In this document: piece by piece, positions 13,401 to 26,743 of the stretch | How positions within the stretch are numbered: the stretch's first letter is position 1 | Layout of the letters: every line of letters begins with the position of its first letter | Assembly: GCA_036867785.1 (NCBI GenBank) | Contig: CP145423.1 | Span: 1-64,000 of the forward strand | Source: Plasmodiophora brassicae | Taxonomy: Eukaryota | Direction: 5' to 3' | DNA length: 64,000 nucleotides | Position numbers and translations under genes: made by a program | Notes under the pieces: model-generated | The model's database searches: none | What the model was told of the DNA's origin: nothing | What the model saw: the letters and a program-made list of their open reading frames with translations, nothing else

Positions 13401-16400
13401 GCGCGACCCGCTCCACGACGTGCACGTCGCCAAAGTCAACGACGGGGGCGTCCGAGGGCGACAGGACGCGCCCGTCCAGCTCGACCTGGTCGTGGACGGC
13501 GTACCCGTCGGCCTTGATGTTCAGGCTGACCCGCTCCGATTTCTTCCTGATCCGGAAGACGACGTTGACGTTGTAGGTGCGCTCGTGGCGAGCGGTCAGC
13601 GTGACGGCCAGCGGGAGGCGCGCGTTCGGCGGCACGACGCCCTGCGCCGGGTCGATCCGCAGGCACGTCGGCGCCTGGTGCAATTCGACGGCGTCGGCGT
13701 GGAACTGGAACGGGATGTGCTCGTTGTTCACCAGGTAGACGGTCTCGGTGGCCGCCGACCCGACCAGCATCTCGGCAAAGTGCAACGACGACGCCGACAG
13801 CGTCACGTCGGGTTCGGTGACGGTGCCGACCAGCAGGAACGGCACCTGGACGCCCAGGTCGGCGATCTCGAACCGCCAGAACGCCTCCTGCAGGGCGGTC
13901 GCGTCGGGCGTGAACTCGAACACCATCTCGAATCGCTTGCCGGCCTTGACGACGCCCTTGGGCGTCGCGCACGTGAACGCCGCCGACGATTTCACCGGGT
14001 GCCCGTCGTGCAACCGCCATTCGAACGCCCACGACTGCCCGGTCGGGTTGACGACCTGGAAGCGGCGCGTGTTGCGGACGCGGGTGCCCAACGATGTGAA
14101 CTCGACGACCTTCCACAGGTTGGCGTCCAGCTTGGGCCCCGGGCACGTCGCCGACCGCCGGGCGGCGGTCAGGTAGTCGCAGTTGACCAGGTCGAAGTGG
14201 CACTGCGGTCGGCGCCCCTCGCCCGACAGGTCAATGACGAGGTCGGCCAGGCGACCGGCCGCATCGCGAATGCTCCCGGTGAACGCCCTGGCATCGGTGG
14301 GCAGGAACTTGACGACGAACGTTTCCTGGCCCTTGCCGTCGATCGCGCCGGTATCGGGTGCGATCGTCCACGGCGGGTCGCACCGCCAGGCGTACGGCAG
14401 GCGGGTCAACGCCGCGTTCGCGATCGTGAACCGGTAGGCGCGCGCCTGGAACATCATGGTCGCAGCGAACGCGATCGAGCGTGTCGAGCACGTGTACGAC
14501 ACACGATCGGCGACGGCGTTGACCGCGAGTGCCAATGTGGATTTGCGTTCGCCCGGTGACCACTCTGGTTCTGGGACGGCCTCGGTGCGCTCCTGGCCGT
14601 CCGCGAACGACACCACGTGCATGGCGTCCGTCCAGGGTGAGGCATCGTTGGCGTCGGCCAGGAGAATCTCGTTGAGCTGGCAGTGGAGCGCCCTGCGCCT
14701 GATGTCGACGGGCGCCGGCGCGTTCAGGCCGACGAGAACGGTCAGCGACGAGTGCGGATGAATGTGGCCCGCGTTCGGCTCCACCGTGACCAGGTCCTGT
14801 GCGGCCCACTCGAAGCGGTACGTGCGCCCGGATTCGTTCTGCAATTGCACCGGGCGCTGCACAGTGACGCCCAGGTCGACGTCGCCAAAGTCGACGACGT
14901 CGTCGTCGGCGGTGACGTCCTCTTCGTAGACGAGCGCCGACAGGGCCAGGTGCGTCACCTCGAACACGTTCCGTAGGACGCCCATCCGCAGGCGGCCGCT
15001 TCGTGCACCGACGCGCCCGGGTGCGACAGCGAACCCGGCTTGGAAGTCGTGCTGGGCGCCCGGTGCAATCGTCACCAGCGATCCGAGGCCCGAGAACGAG
15101 AACTCGCCGGCGCCCTCGTCCAGGTCGAAACGGACCGTGGCCGGTACGATCCCGTCGTTACGCACCGTCACCGGGAGCGTCAGCGTCCCGCGCCGAGTGC
15201 GCCCAAAGTCGACCTGGCCAGACGACCGTTCAGTACTCGAGCAATGCGTTGCGCTCAGGTGCGTTGCGCACCTTGACGGCCCCAGTAGGTGTGCGCTCGA
15301 CGGGCGCGATGGTGGACACCCGCGGCAGGGTCCCCTCGCCCTGCATCTCGAATTGCAGAACGCAGGACGGGTTGCGATCGACGGTGGCACTGAACGCGGC
15401 CTGATAGGTGCGGATAGCGCTCGGCGCGAACGTGACCGTCACGTAGCGGTGCTCGTGCGACGGGATGTGCAGGTGCGTCGGCTGCACGTCGAACGCGTTG
15501 TCCGTGTTGCCCGTCAGCGACAGGTTCACGTCGCACGGGATCTTACCCGGGTTGCTCATCTTGAAGCGCTCCTTGATCGACGACCGATCGTCGACGATGA
15601 CGGGCGCGAACCGGAACTGGCGCTCCTCCAGGGCGTACGCGTTCCTGGGTGGACCGTGCCCATGTCCGGACGGCGGTACCGGCCCGTGCGCGCCCGCACC
15701 GGCCGGTGCCGCTGGTGGCGCCCGGCCGATGACCTGCTGCTCCTCGAAGATGGACTCGAAATCGGTGGTGTTCAGGCGTGGGTTGACGGCCTCGGCGGTC
15801 AGCTCGACTTCGACGGGCGGTGCCGCCGGGTCCACGCCGGACACAATGACAGGCAGGACGGCGCGGAACACGCCCTCCTGCGTCGCGTGGATGTCGACCG
15901 TCACCGTCTGTGTCGTGCCCGGTGCAATTCGGCCACGACCAGGGCTGACCTGTACGAATGGCTAAGGGCGAGCGAATGCTGCGTTTCGTGCCGTCTTTCG
16001 TACGGTGAAGCCGGCGACGGCCAGAGGCGCGCCGCTGTCAGCGCCCGGTGGATGATCCTCATCTGACAGGCGGTAGTCGAACGGGAACTCGCCCGCGTTC
16101 ACCAGATCGAAGGTCTTCTGCCGCTCGACGTCCACCTGCATGCTGCCGAAGTGGATGGACCTGGACGGCGCCAGGCGGAACTTGGAGTACCGGGACGCGA
16201 TCGACAGGCGAATCGGCGTGGACTCCACGACGGTGCTCTTGGTCGTCTCGATCAGGTCCAGGCGCAGGACTGGTTTCGCGCGCAGGTCCATCTCTCCCTG
16301 TCAGCAGCAGCAGCAGCAGCCGTCAGTTACGTATACCTTGGTACAGGCAGCGCTGAGCGCGGCGCTTACGACGGTCTTGAACCTGATGACGACATCGGTG

Positions 16401-19400
16401 CCGGCGCTCGTGCCCGCCGAAAGCTTGCCGGACATCGGTTCGACCTGAACCTGATTGGCGAGGTCGCGTCGCAGTCTGCCTGACCTGCCCGTGAACGCCA
16501 ATGCGAACCCGACATCGTACTTGCCTGCGATAGGGATGATGATCAGAGGGGCGATCCCGGCCGCACACCGGTCGGCGCCATCCTGACCTCGGTTGTTCAT
16601 GACGAATTTCCGTTCGACGACATCGCCGACCCGGGTCGTGCCAAAGTCGATCAATGCGCCCGGTGGTAACTCCACGTTGGCCTTCACGACGAACGCCTCT
16701 GCCTGGACGCGGATCGGGCGCGTCTCGACGTGGACGCCGTTCGTGTCGTTGATGAGCAGCTCCAGGGGCAGGTCGACAACGACCTCGGCGGCGGCCAGGA
16801 ACCGGAACACGGGCGATACGGCGGCACCGGGCGCCAGACTGCCCGCCTTCGGGCTGACCTCGATCTGGGCCGGCACCGCCTGGTCCGGTCGCGGACGGAT
16901 CTCCCATCGGACGCCGACCTTCGTTGTGTTCCTCAGGTGGATCGTCCGGGCGTCCTCGGTGCCGACCAGCAACCGGTCGAACTGAACCGACAACGGGTCG
17001 GCGTTCGGGGCGTCGCCGGCGCCCTCCACTGACAGCGCCGGGCGCGCCCCGCAGCATTCCATCGGGAAGACGATGTCCCTCGGGTTGTCGTCGATTCGCA
17101 CGCGCAGCACGCGACGATGCGCGCCCAGGGTCTTGGGCACGGCCCAGACCTGCGTGGTTGCCGCCGCCAATCAGCGAGGACGCCGGCGACGCACACTGGG
17201 ATCGTGCCCTACCTTGACGACGCCGACCTCGCCAACGTTGACCTCCAGGGTTCGTGGCTCGAACCCGAAGCTGTCGTCCACAGGTGCTGGGGCTGATGGA
17301 ACAGCAGCAGCAGCGGCATCTGGTTCGGCAGGCGCCGCACCGGGCGCCGGCTCATCGTCCCAGGCAATGCGGAGGGTCGTGCGGAACAGGCCCGTGTTGG
17401 CGAACCTCCACGTCTCGGCGGTGTCGCCCGGCTGGACGCCGTTGACGAGGACGGCGCCAAAGTCGAACACGCCCGGGTCGCTGCACCACTGGCGGACGCC
17501 GAGGCGCGGGCGCCGGCCTCGACGCACGAACACGGACCGGGCGTCGGTGCCGATGTCGGGGCGCGCCGCTGTGCCACGACACGTCACCTACCGGACGCGC
17601 ATGTCATCGGACTGCGCGCGCGCACCACCCCACAGCTTGGGCCATTCGAACGCACCCTACATACCTGATGGGTGACGCGCTTGCCGGCGGCGTCGGCGGC
17701 GACGACCTCGAACAGCAACGTGCCTTCGTGGGTGCCGCATTCCGACGATCGATAGGTCAGCGGCAGGTCCAGGGCGGCGCCGGCCGGGACCACCCAGCGG
17801 GTCGCCGACCCCGCCAACCGGAACGGGCCGGGCTGGCGACGGACGCGGGGCGCCGGCCGCCACACGATCTGTTTGACGGCGCCGATCGGGATGCGGTTGG
17901 CGACGACGGCCAGCTCGCGCGACGACAGGCGGTCGTTCAGGGCGGCACGCAGCGCGTCCAGGTCGTCGAACAGGAGCGTCTGCTCCGGCTGGCCGACGCG
18001 CCACTCGAAGTCGTCGGTGGGCGACGGGGCGCCCAGCTCCGGGTCCGGCTGGACATCGTTGCAGACGATCGTGTAGAACCGTCGCCCGACGCAATCGCCG
18101 ACGTTGTCGATGGCGGCCTTCAGATCGCGGATGACACGGGCGACGCCGGCGGGGCCGTCGACGGCGACCTTGCACGACAGGGATGGGACGAGGATCCCCC
18201 GCGGGTACGGCACCGAGCTGGGCGCCAGCGGGGCACCCTCCCGGAACAGGACGTAATCGCGGACCAGCTTCGTGAGCACCTCGCCCGACAGGTACTGCGG
18301 CGCGCCCGACGCCATCGCGTCCTGCACGGATATCGATAGCGCCAGCGACGACGGATTCTCGTTCGACGTCGCGTCCGGCTTCTTCTTCTTCTTCTCGGCC
18401 GCCACCGCCTGCCCCATGCCGGATCGTTAGCGCACGCGCGCCTACCCGCCGTCGCGGCGCGTACCTTGGCGTCCAGCACCGCCGACGCGTAGTGCTCGAC
18501 GACGCGGTCGACGTTGACGACAGCGAGCTGGAACTCCTTGCTGATCGTGTCCACGGTCGCATCGCTGGCGCCCGTCATGACGACGAACCTCCAGGGCGTC
18601 GACACAGCGGCAGCGTTACCGGCGTCCGTTACGCCCGTGTCGGGTGCCACGACGGCGTCGTCCAGTTCGGCGATGCGTCGTACGCCCGGGCGCCGCGGTT
18701 CGACCAGCATGCGGCCCCGGGCGTCGAACGTGCCCCGGTCGCGCAGGCGCTGCTCATCAGCGAGGTAGGCGTCGTCCCAGTCGACGCTGAACAGTTCGGC
18801 GTCGCAGTCGCCGTCGTTCGTCACGCGCACGGAGACGGCGGGCGACTCGGCGCCCGGCAGGACCGGCGCGAACTCGACCGTGCTGCGCTCCAGGCGCAGG
18901 CGCGTGACGAGGCCCCGGCCCGTGACGGCCAGGTCGGACGTCGGGCCATGCGCGACCCGGATCGGGAGGCGCGTGTTCACCGGGCGCCCGTCGATGGGCG
19001 TGAACAGCACGGGCACGTCCTGATGGGTGCCGGGCGCCAGGGTGCCCGCTCGGCACCCATCGGCCACGGTCACGGGTTCCTGCGCCGACGGCACGACAAC
19101 GGACCAGTCGACGGGGACGGGCGTCGGGTTCGACAGGCGCACGTACCGGGTGCGCACGTGCCCGACGGGTACGTCGGCGAACTCGAGCGTGTCGCTCGAC
19201 AGGCGGACCTCGGGGACGATCACACGGCACGACAACGCCAGGCGCCAGGCCGGTCCACCGCCGCCGACGACCACCAGGTCGAACACGGATGTCGTGACGG
19301 CACGGCCGGCGCCGTCGTCCGGGCCCACTGCCCTCTTCGCCGCCGTCGACGTCGCCGCGTACGTCGCCGTCACCTTGACGGACGCGCCGGGCGGCACGGC

Positions 19401-22400
19401 GACGATCTTGGCCGGGTCCAGGCGGAACGGCGTCGGCGCCGTCGGGGCGACCAGGTCGACGTCGACGGGGACATCGCCGCTGTTCGTGCACTCGAACGAC
19501 AGGCGGCGCGTCGTGCCCCGAACAATGTACCCGAGGTCGCACGTGTACGTGCCCAGCGCTCCAGTGACGACGTCGACCGGGACGGGGCCGAACGCGCCGG
19601 GATCGGCGTCGGCCACCTGCAACTGCTGCAGGTACAGGTCGCGAGGGGCGCCCTCGCGGCCAGGCAGCGACGTCGACAGCAGGCGGCAGATGCCGACGGC
19701 CCGGACGGCAATGGAGACGGGGCGATGGAACGCGACGAACAGGTCGAACGAGGCGGCGAACGCCTGCGGGCGCCGCGGCACGATGCGAACGTGCAGGCGG
19801 AGGCGGGCGCCGGGCGCCAGCGACGCGCGGCAGGGGCGGACGGAGAGGCGCGAGCGCAGGTGGTCGGCGATCTGGACGCGGACGTCGACGGCGACCCGGC
19901 CCGTGTTGCAGACCGTCAGGTCGCGCTCGTGGACGGCGTGGAAGTCGACGTTGCCAAAGTCGATGGCGTTGCCCTCGGCGTCGATCGTGTACTCGACGGT
20001 GGCCGCGTCGCCGCGCAGGTCGATCGCGTAGGTCGGCCCGCCCTCCACCTGGCACAGCGCCGTGCAATCGGCGGCGACCTGCGCGTGCCCGAAGAACGAC
20101 AGGTCGAACGCCTGCGTGCCGCCCGGGGGCACCTCGCCCCACGCGGGCCAGATGTCGAACACTTCGTTGACGGGGAACGCCGATCCAGGCGCCGCCGCCC
20201 GGGCCTTCTTGCTGGACGCTTGCGACGACGGTTCCTGCAGGGCCCAGTGGAACGCGGCCGGGATCTCGGACGCGTTCCTGGCGACGACGCGCTCGACGCG
20301 CGACGTGTGCGGCAGGACGGGGCCGAACGTGACGACCTGCTTGTCGAATAGCAGGTTGGGGAACCAGATCTGGGCGACCAAGTCGATGTGGTCCCTGGCA
20401 GGGTGGTTCCGATGCGACACGACAAGCTGCGAACGGATGCACTCCGAGTGGCGCGACTCGTTGGCGAGGTCGAACGTGACCTCGATGGGGATGGACTCGC
20501 CCGGCGCCAACGACACCTCCAGCCGGTCCACGGTGAACGGCGCCTTGACGCCCAGGAACGCCACGATCGGCAGCGGGCACGCGTTCTTCATCTTGGCCGT
20601 CTTCCGCTGCGTTCGGGCCTACGTCGACGCGTTGGGAACCGGCAGCGAGCTGGGGCACGTCGCCCGGCGACCGAGCGACGCGCGACGTACCGAATGGTTG
20701 CGGTCGTATTTGTAGACGAATTGCATGCCGTCGAGGGAGAATTCGACGTGCGGGTTGACAAAGTTGGCGACGATGTGCGTCTCGTAGATGACCGTGGGCT
20801 CCTTGTCGCCCTGGATCAGGCTGGTGATCGTCCACAGCTCGTCGATCGGGCCGGGCGTCGCCGACCGACTCAGGATGGTGAACATGACGGACGACATGGG
20901 CTGGATGGTCACACGGGCCGGCTCCACGACCAGGGCGCTCTTCGCAGCGCACGCCCAGGTCAGCGTCTGCGGGCGCTCCCCGTAATTGTCCAGACGCACA
21001 ACCCGCCTGCATCGATGATTGGCACATGTGGGGCACACTACACGCCCCAGGCAGACACGCGCGTCCTTACGTGGCCACCTGCATGGTCATCAGGTGCGAC
21101 AGGTCGATCAGGGACAGGTCCGTCGGGCTGGTGATCGTCGTGCCGACGCCTGTCGCGCGGCACGGGATCTGGACGTGCTCGCCCTCCTGCGCACCCGTCA
21201 GACACGTCTGTGTGTGTGTGTGTGCGTTCGTCGACCCCGGCCCTTACGTCGACGAGAATGTGGAGAACGTCGCGGAACGCTACGTTGTCGTTGCAGGTGA
21301 CCTGGACGACGAGGTCGACGGCGTCGCCGGGCTGGACGGTGCCCTGGTTGGGGCGGACGCGGAACGGCGACTGCTTCCGGGCGTGGAAGGCGACGTAGCG
21401 CGCCTCGATGGGCGTCTCGTTGCGCAGGCGGACCAGGAGCTCCGCCGGCTTCAGGACGGGAATGTCGCGCCAGTCCAGCAGGGCCTTGGAGGGGATCAGG
21501 CGGGCCCCGATGCCGACGGCGCTCACCGTGACCTGCATCGGCGGCTCTGAACTGCCGCACGTTCGAACGTAGACCAGCATCTCGATGTCACCTGCACGAG
21601 GCGCCGACCCCATCCGTCAGTCAGGGACGATGCCCGCTGCAACAACAACCCAGTGTGCGTCCCGGCGCCTCACCGAGGGATTCGGCCTGGAACCCGATCT
21701 TGAGCGGCAACGTCGACCGCGGCAGGATCGTCCCGCTGTGGTACTCGAAGGATAGCGATCCCGAGCCGGCCCGGCTGACCTCGTTGGCGGTCAGCACCTC
21801 GAACTTCACCGGTAGGTCGCTGCCGTTCGCCAACTGAAGCGCCTGCTCGTACTTGTACCTGCCGACCACACACACACAAACGGTTAAGAACGGGCGACGT
21901 CCCGCGGGTGGCGCGCGCGCGCGCACGCCTACCTGAGGAAGCACTTCTTGAAGTTCACGGTCAGCTGCGGGAACGTGATCTCTGGTACGACACACTGGGC
22001 GCGTATCGGTATGGATTTCATGTTCTGGGCGACGCCCTCGATATCGACGACGACGGCGTACGCGTCGTACTCCTGGATGGTCTCGCTGCAGAGCGTGACG
22101 GTGATCGTTGCTGACTGCCGGGGAAGGATGGCGCCGACGGCCGGCTGGATGTCGAATTCCCGCCTGTGGAACGATCCGTCGCGTGGGCACCGGCAGACGT
22201 ACTTGATCGGGATGTCGCTCGTGTTCTTGAGTGCCATGCGCCGCGCGTTGTTGAACCCGTAGGACACGCGGCCAAAGTCCAACTGCTCGACGTCGACGTC
22301 GAACGACGGCGCCTGCACGGTGCCCGATAGGACCAGCTGCAGTGGGACGAGAGAGCCCTTCAGCGTCCACTGCAGCACCTCCTGGAACGGGCCCATGGTC

Positions 22401-24029
22401 GTGCACGAGAACGTGATCGTGATGGTCTCCGATTGGCCGGTCGACAGGCGCCCCGAGGACGGCTCGAAGCGGAACCGGGTGGACCCGTCCGGGTTGGTCA
22501 GCGCGAACTCGGCGTCGATCTCGCCAATGTTCTTCAGGACCACCTGACCCAGCCAGCGCTTAGCGCCATGCAGGTGGAGACACACCGTGCGAAACGATAA
22601 CGCCCCCCACCTGGTAGTTGTAGATGGCGTTGACGTAGACCTGCCCGATGTCGAGGGAATCGAACGAGAAGACGGCGGCGGGGCCAATGCCGGTCCCCTT
22701 CAGTGTCAGTGGCAGGCGACTGGACCTGCCGCCCACGTCGACGTACGCCGTACTGACGTACGTCTCCGAGGCGGTCGGGCAGAACGAGACGGTAAACTCG
22801 ATGAAGCCGCCCGGGAACACCTCGCCGGCGGCCGGCTCGATCGTGAAGTGCTCGCTGGCGAACGGGAACGAGCACGTGCGCAGGTCCCGTTCGCGTGCAC
22901 GACGCGCCCGTGCCCGCATCAGCTCCGGCGACACGTCAGCGCCTTCGTCGTCGTCGGAAGGCTCCCCGACGACGTCTAGCGCGGGCGGGTCGACCGGCGC
23001 CGGTAACGATGCCAGCAGGCGCTGACGTTCGCGTTCGTCCGTGTCCCGGTCCGGGTTGGCGTTCCAGGAGAAGCGCACGGGTATGTCGCTGTCGTTGAAC
23101 AGGCGAACCGTCGACCGCGTCACGAGATGGATGTAGGCCGACGGTAAATCCACCTGCCCAGGGCGGCGCATTAGACGTCGCTGTGTGCCCTGGTGCGCTC
23201 AACGCTGTACCTGCTCGTGTTCCAAGCTGATGTCGACATCATGGGCGCAGGCGCTGATCGTCGTCACGCGCCGCTGCTTGCCTTTATCGAACGCGATGAC
23301 GATCTGGCCGGCGACGTCCGCCAGGGCGCGCGCATCGAACTCGACCAGGACCTGGACGTGCGATTCCCGGTCGAGAACGCCTTGCGTCGGCGACACGCGG
23401 AACGGCCCCGTTGCCGTCATGGACCAGTCGACCTGGCGTCGCCCAGCGTTCCGCAGCAGGTGTGCCTGCGTCGTCGTGTAATTCGTCGGGCAGGTCTCGA
23501 ACGAGATGACGGGCGGGAAGTCGAGGGCGGCGGGCACGCCGATGGCATGGACGGGGACGGTGAACTGTTCCCGTTCCGTGACGACGATCAGGTCGCAGTC
23601 GTAGTCGTGGTCGACGTCGTCGGCGGTCAGCGTGACCCGGAAGGTGACCTCCATGCCGGGGGCCACCTTGCAGGTCTCGGACGTCGAGAAGCGATGGAAC
23701 GGCGAGATGGAGAACCGGGACGATTCCGGCGGGATCACACGGACGTGCCTGGCCTGCGTGTCCACGTTGCGAAGGCGGACGATCTGCGACGTCGGCACGA
23801 AGGCCCGGTACCCCGAGAAGGTCAGCACGGGCGGGTGCGCGGAGAACAGGGGCGTGTCGATCGGCACCGAAGACGTCTTCTGCCGCGGGTGCTGAGGGAT
23901 CACCTCCGACACGATCAGCGAATGATGCCGGGCGCTGGCCGTCCCCGGCGCGCGCTTCGACGCGTCCATGGCGCCCTCTGCCGTATCGCCTTCGGTGCAT
24001 GCGTTGCTGTTCATCATGCCGGTCGGCAT
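10474..24029 (-). CDS. HYDIN: Hydin, flagellar central-pair protein (multi-exon, roughly 4000 aa)
   Basis: A long series of ASH/PapD-like Ig domains across consecutive minus-strand ORFs separated by short introns. The N-terminal region has LFSAHPPVLTFSGY...LRNVD..ARHVRVIPP...KVAPGM. Internal motifs include FTSLGTRVRNTRRFQVVNPT and LPVRNWLHDPQRF. The C-terminus ends WVYYLHG. Confidence 0.93.
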
Positions 24030-24328
24030 GGGCAGCAGGAGACCGGCAGGGGCAGGGACCGGTGTGGTCCTAAGCCGCCTGGTGCGCCGCTCGAATAATG
24101 TGGCCGTGACCGGCGCGTTTAGGAGCGACTTCGCGTCACACAGCCAAGGTCGTCCATGTCGCGCTTATGGCTTGCATGATAGCAGCATCCCCATCCCCGT
24201 GCCGTGCCTGACGACTTCTGCACGGGGAGCCAATAATAATTATACCATGTCCATGTGCAAATTCCGTAAATAAGAGGGGGCTCACTGGCTGGACTGATAG
24301 CTCAACATTTCCGTCGCGCAGTTTGACG

Positions 24329-26254
24329 ATGGCGACATCTGCAGACACGGGGCGTCGCAAGCGCCGACGACTGGACGGTCGCGATGCGAAGTCGTGGAGT
24401 TCGCTATTGACGTGGATGCTGGTCGACGACCACGCGTGGGCCATGTTTGACGTCGAATCCGTGGTCCGCGTATCCTGCTGCGATCGGCAGTGCCGGTCCG
24501 CCCTTCCGCAACTCTATCGTCCCATGACGATGGCAACAGTGTCTCGCGTGCTGCGTCGTCGCCATGAGGCCCTCGTGGAAGAGCTGGGGTCCAGGCGGGG
24601 TTACTTCGGCTTTGGTCCACTGCCGGACGGGCTCGTGCTGCCCGATCTGGATGAATCGCCCGCGGCAGTTCTGAGTGTATGCGGGCAGTCGGACGACTCG
24701 CCAGAGAGCTGGCGGAATGCCTTCCATCTAGCGCATACGTTCACAACGTTTTCCATTTTCAAGCGTCACCGAATTCACGTTAATTCGCTGTGCACGTTCG
24801 CTGAGCTAAAGGACTTTGTCCATCAGCGAATCACGAACAATCGCAGGTACGTCGGCGGCGCCAAACTCAACGTCCTGGGGATGCCTGGCGATGACGGTGC
24901 CATCGTCGTTAATGTCCTCGCTGAGCTCGACTGCGAGCGCATTTCCGCCATCTGCGACAGCCTTTCCACCCCGAACCTGTTCGATATCGTCCGGTGCGGC
25001 AGTAATCCACAGTACCGCGACTCCCATGACCTGGTCTTCTACGAATCTCCGAAAGTGCACATCGACCATCAGTGCAGTGACGCTGATCTGGCATTCCCGA
25101 TCCTGGCCGATGCCATTCTGCAACGCCACTACAGTTTGACTCTGGGCCGGCAAAAGCATGACGTGCGACTGGAGATTTATGATGGCAGCTTTTTCCTGTT
25201 TCGAGCAGATTCGGTGACGTCGCTGCATGAGTACTTACTGCTGGCCAATGTCAAGTCATTACCGCAATTCGACGACGAAGAAGTTCCGTCGGGCCAGCGA
25301 CCGCACTCGCCTGCGTCGTTCAACGCCGATGCCGCGTTCCCCAACCTGTCTCGGTTCGTTCGCGGGAAAACGTATCAGTCGGTGGACATCAACTCCTGGG
25401 CCTTCGGCCTGTCCACGGTTCACGTCGGGGCAAACTTCCTACCTATCGACATGACGTCGCTCGATCCCCGCCCGCATTCGCTGCACGCGATTCTCGCCGA
25501 ATTGGACTTGCTTTGTGCTCCTGCGAACGTTCGCCAGAGACGTAAGGAGTACGCGGACACCCAGCATCAGGAGGAGTCAATCCCGGACGAATATCGACAT
25601 CGACGATTCACGGTGCACACCAAAGCCGCTCGCGTCGCTAATCGCGGATCCATCTTCTCCAAGCGGTCGAGTGAACGCCATGCGAACGCTCTGGTTGGCA
25701 GCAATGTGTTTCAGCAGCCGTACCCCGACGAGTTCGTGTTCGAATTCGAGGTTTTGTCATGTCCTATGGATCCGGAATTCGATTATTTCGCCACGACCAT
25801 GTTTGGGCTGGTCGATCCCAGCGAGCAGCCGAAAATGCGTGCCATGTCGACGTTCAGGGCGCAGTACTTTCAACCGATGCGCCCTGACCGGGTGTTCTTC
25901 GGCTGGACTGGACACAAGTTCTCTGTTCTGGGCAAGGCGGTCTTCCCCGCGGATATCAACGATGCCCCGGACGATGTCGGACAAGCACCATTCAAGAAGG
26001 GCGACCTCATATCGATCATTGTCGATCGATCGAAGGGTCACGTCTCGTTCGCTCTCAACGGTCTCGTTCAACCGTTCTACTTCGTCGGCGTCCGCATGCA
26101 GAATTTTTACGCGACCGGGCTGCAGGCCTTCGTCGCTCTCAATGGCTTGGATAATTACCTCTGCATACGGTGCAACGACCGGCCGAGGATGGAATTCGTG
26201 TACCCGGACAGCGCATCCCGCACGGCATTCGACCTATCGGAAATTGCCACGTGA
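24329..26254 (+). CDS. SPRY-domain protein with possible N-terminal F-box-like motif (single exon)
   Basis: About 641-aa ORF. The C-terminal FKKGDLISIIVDRSKGHVSFALNG is SPRY-like. The N-terminal AMFDVESVVRVSCCDRQCRSAL resembles an F-box. It is divergent from Hydin across about 300 bp. Confidence 0.65.
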   Translation: MATSADTGRRKRRRLDGRDAKSWSSLLTWMLVDDHAWAMFDVESVVRVSCCDRQCRSALPQLYRPMTMATVSRVLRRRHEALVEELGSRRGYFGFGPLPDGLVLPDLDESPAAVLSVCGQSDDSPESWRNAFHLAHTFTTFSIFKRHRIHVNSLCTFAELKDFVHQRITNNRRYVGGAKLNVLGMPGDDGAIVVNVLAELDCERISAICDSLSTPNLFDIVRCGSNPQYRDSHDLVFYESPKVHIDHQCSDADLAFPILADAILQRHYSLTLGRQKHDVRLEIYDGSFFLFRADSVTSLHEYLLLANVKSLPQFDDEEVPSGQRPHSPASFNADAAFPNLSRFVRGKTYQSVDINSWAFGLSTVHVGANFLPIDMTSLDPRPHSLHAILAELDLLCAPANVRQRRKEYADTQHQEESIPDEYRHRRFTVHTKAARVANRGSIFSKRSSERHANALVGSNVFQQPYPDEFVFEFEVLSCPMDPEFDYFATTMFGLVDPSEQPKMRAMSTFRAQYFQPMRPDRVFFGWTGHKFSVLGKAVFPADINDAPDDVGQAPFKKGDLISIIVDRSKGHVSFALNGLVQPFYFVGVRMQNFYATGLQAFVALNGLDNYLCIRCNDRPRMEFVYPDSASRTAFDLSEIAT

Positions 26255-26743
26255 GGCCGCTCTCAACGTCTACAGCAGTAAAGTCGAATATGTTCACGGC
26301 AGCAGGTTCTAAACCCTGTGTCGTTTTAGCCATTAGGAATGTTATTGGAGATATGAGTTTCGAGGCCTGACTGGCGCCGGCCTGGAGTTGGTCCACCCCG
26401 ACCGGACAAGCAAACCCGTCTGCAGAAGGCCACGACTGGCACGTCTGGGGCAATTGCCATCAAATCCCAAGTTAAATCCTATGGGCGGGCTTGCGCTGGC
26501 GCCGCGCAGACGTCATAAACAGGGATAGCGAACTGCTCCTCTGCAGTGACGACGACGGATCTCGTTGTAGTAGACGTGGTCGACGTCGTCGGCGGCCGTG
26601 GTGAGTGCCCCCCCCCCCTGAGGGCGACCTGCATGGGCGGGGGCCACCCTTGCACTGCAGGTGGCGGTCGGTCGGTCGCCCGGATCTCGTCAGCACACAC
26701 AGTCGTCTACGGAGTTGCGCATCGACGACACCGGGCGAGATCG

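Noticed and set aside
12670-20351. Long plus-strand and alternative-frame ORFs (629 aa, 619 aa and others)
   Set aside because: They are GC-rich shadow frames of Hydin exons.
26308-26317. Isolated telomere-like words (ctaaaccctg; ttaggg elsewhere)
   Set aside because: Single short matches are expected by chance and do not form interstitial telomere arrays.
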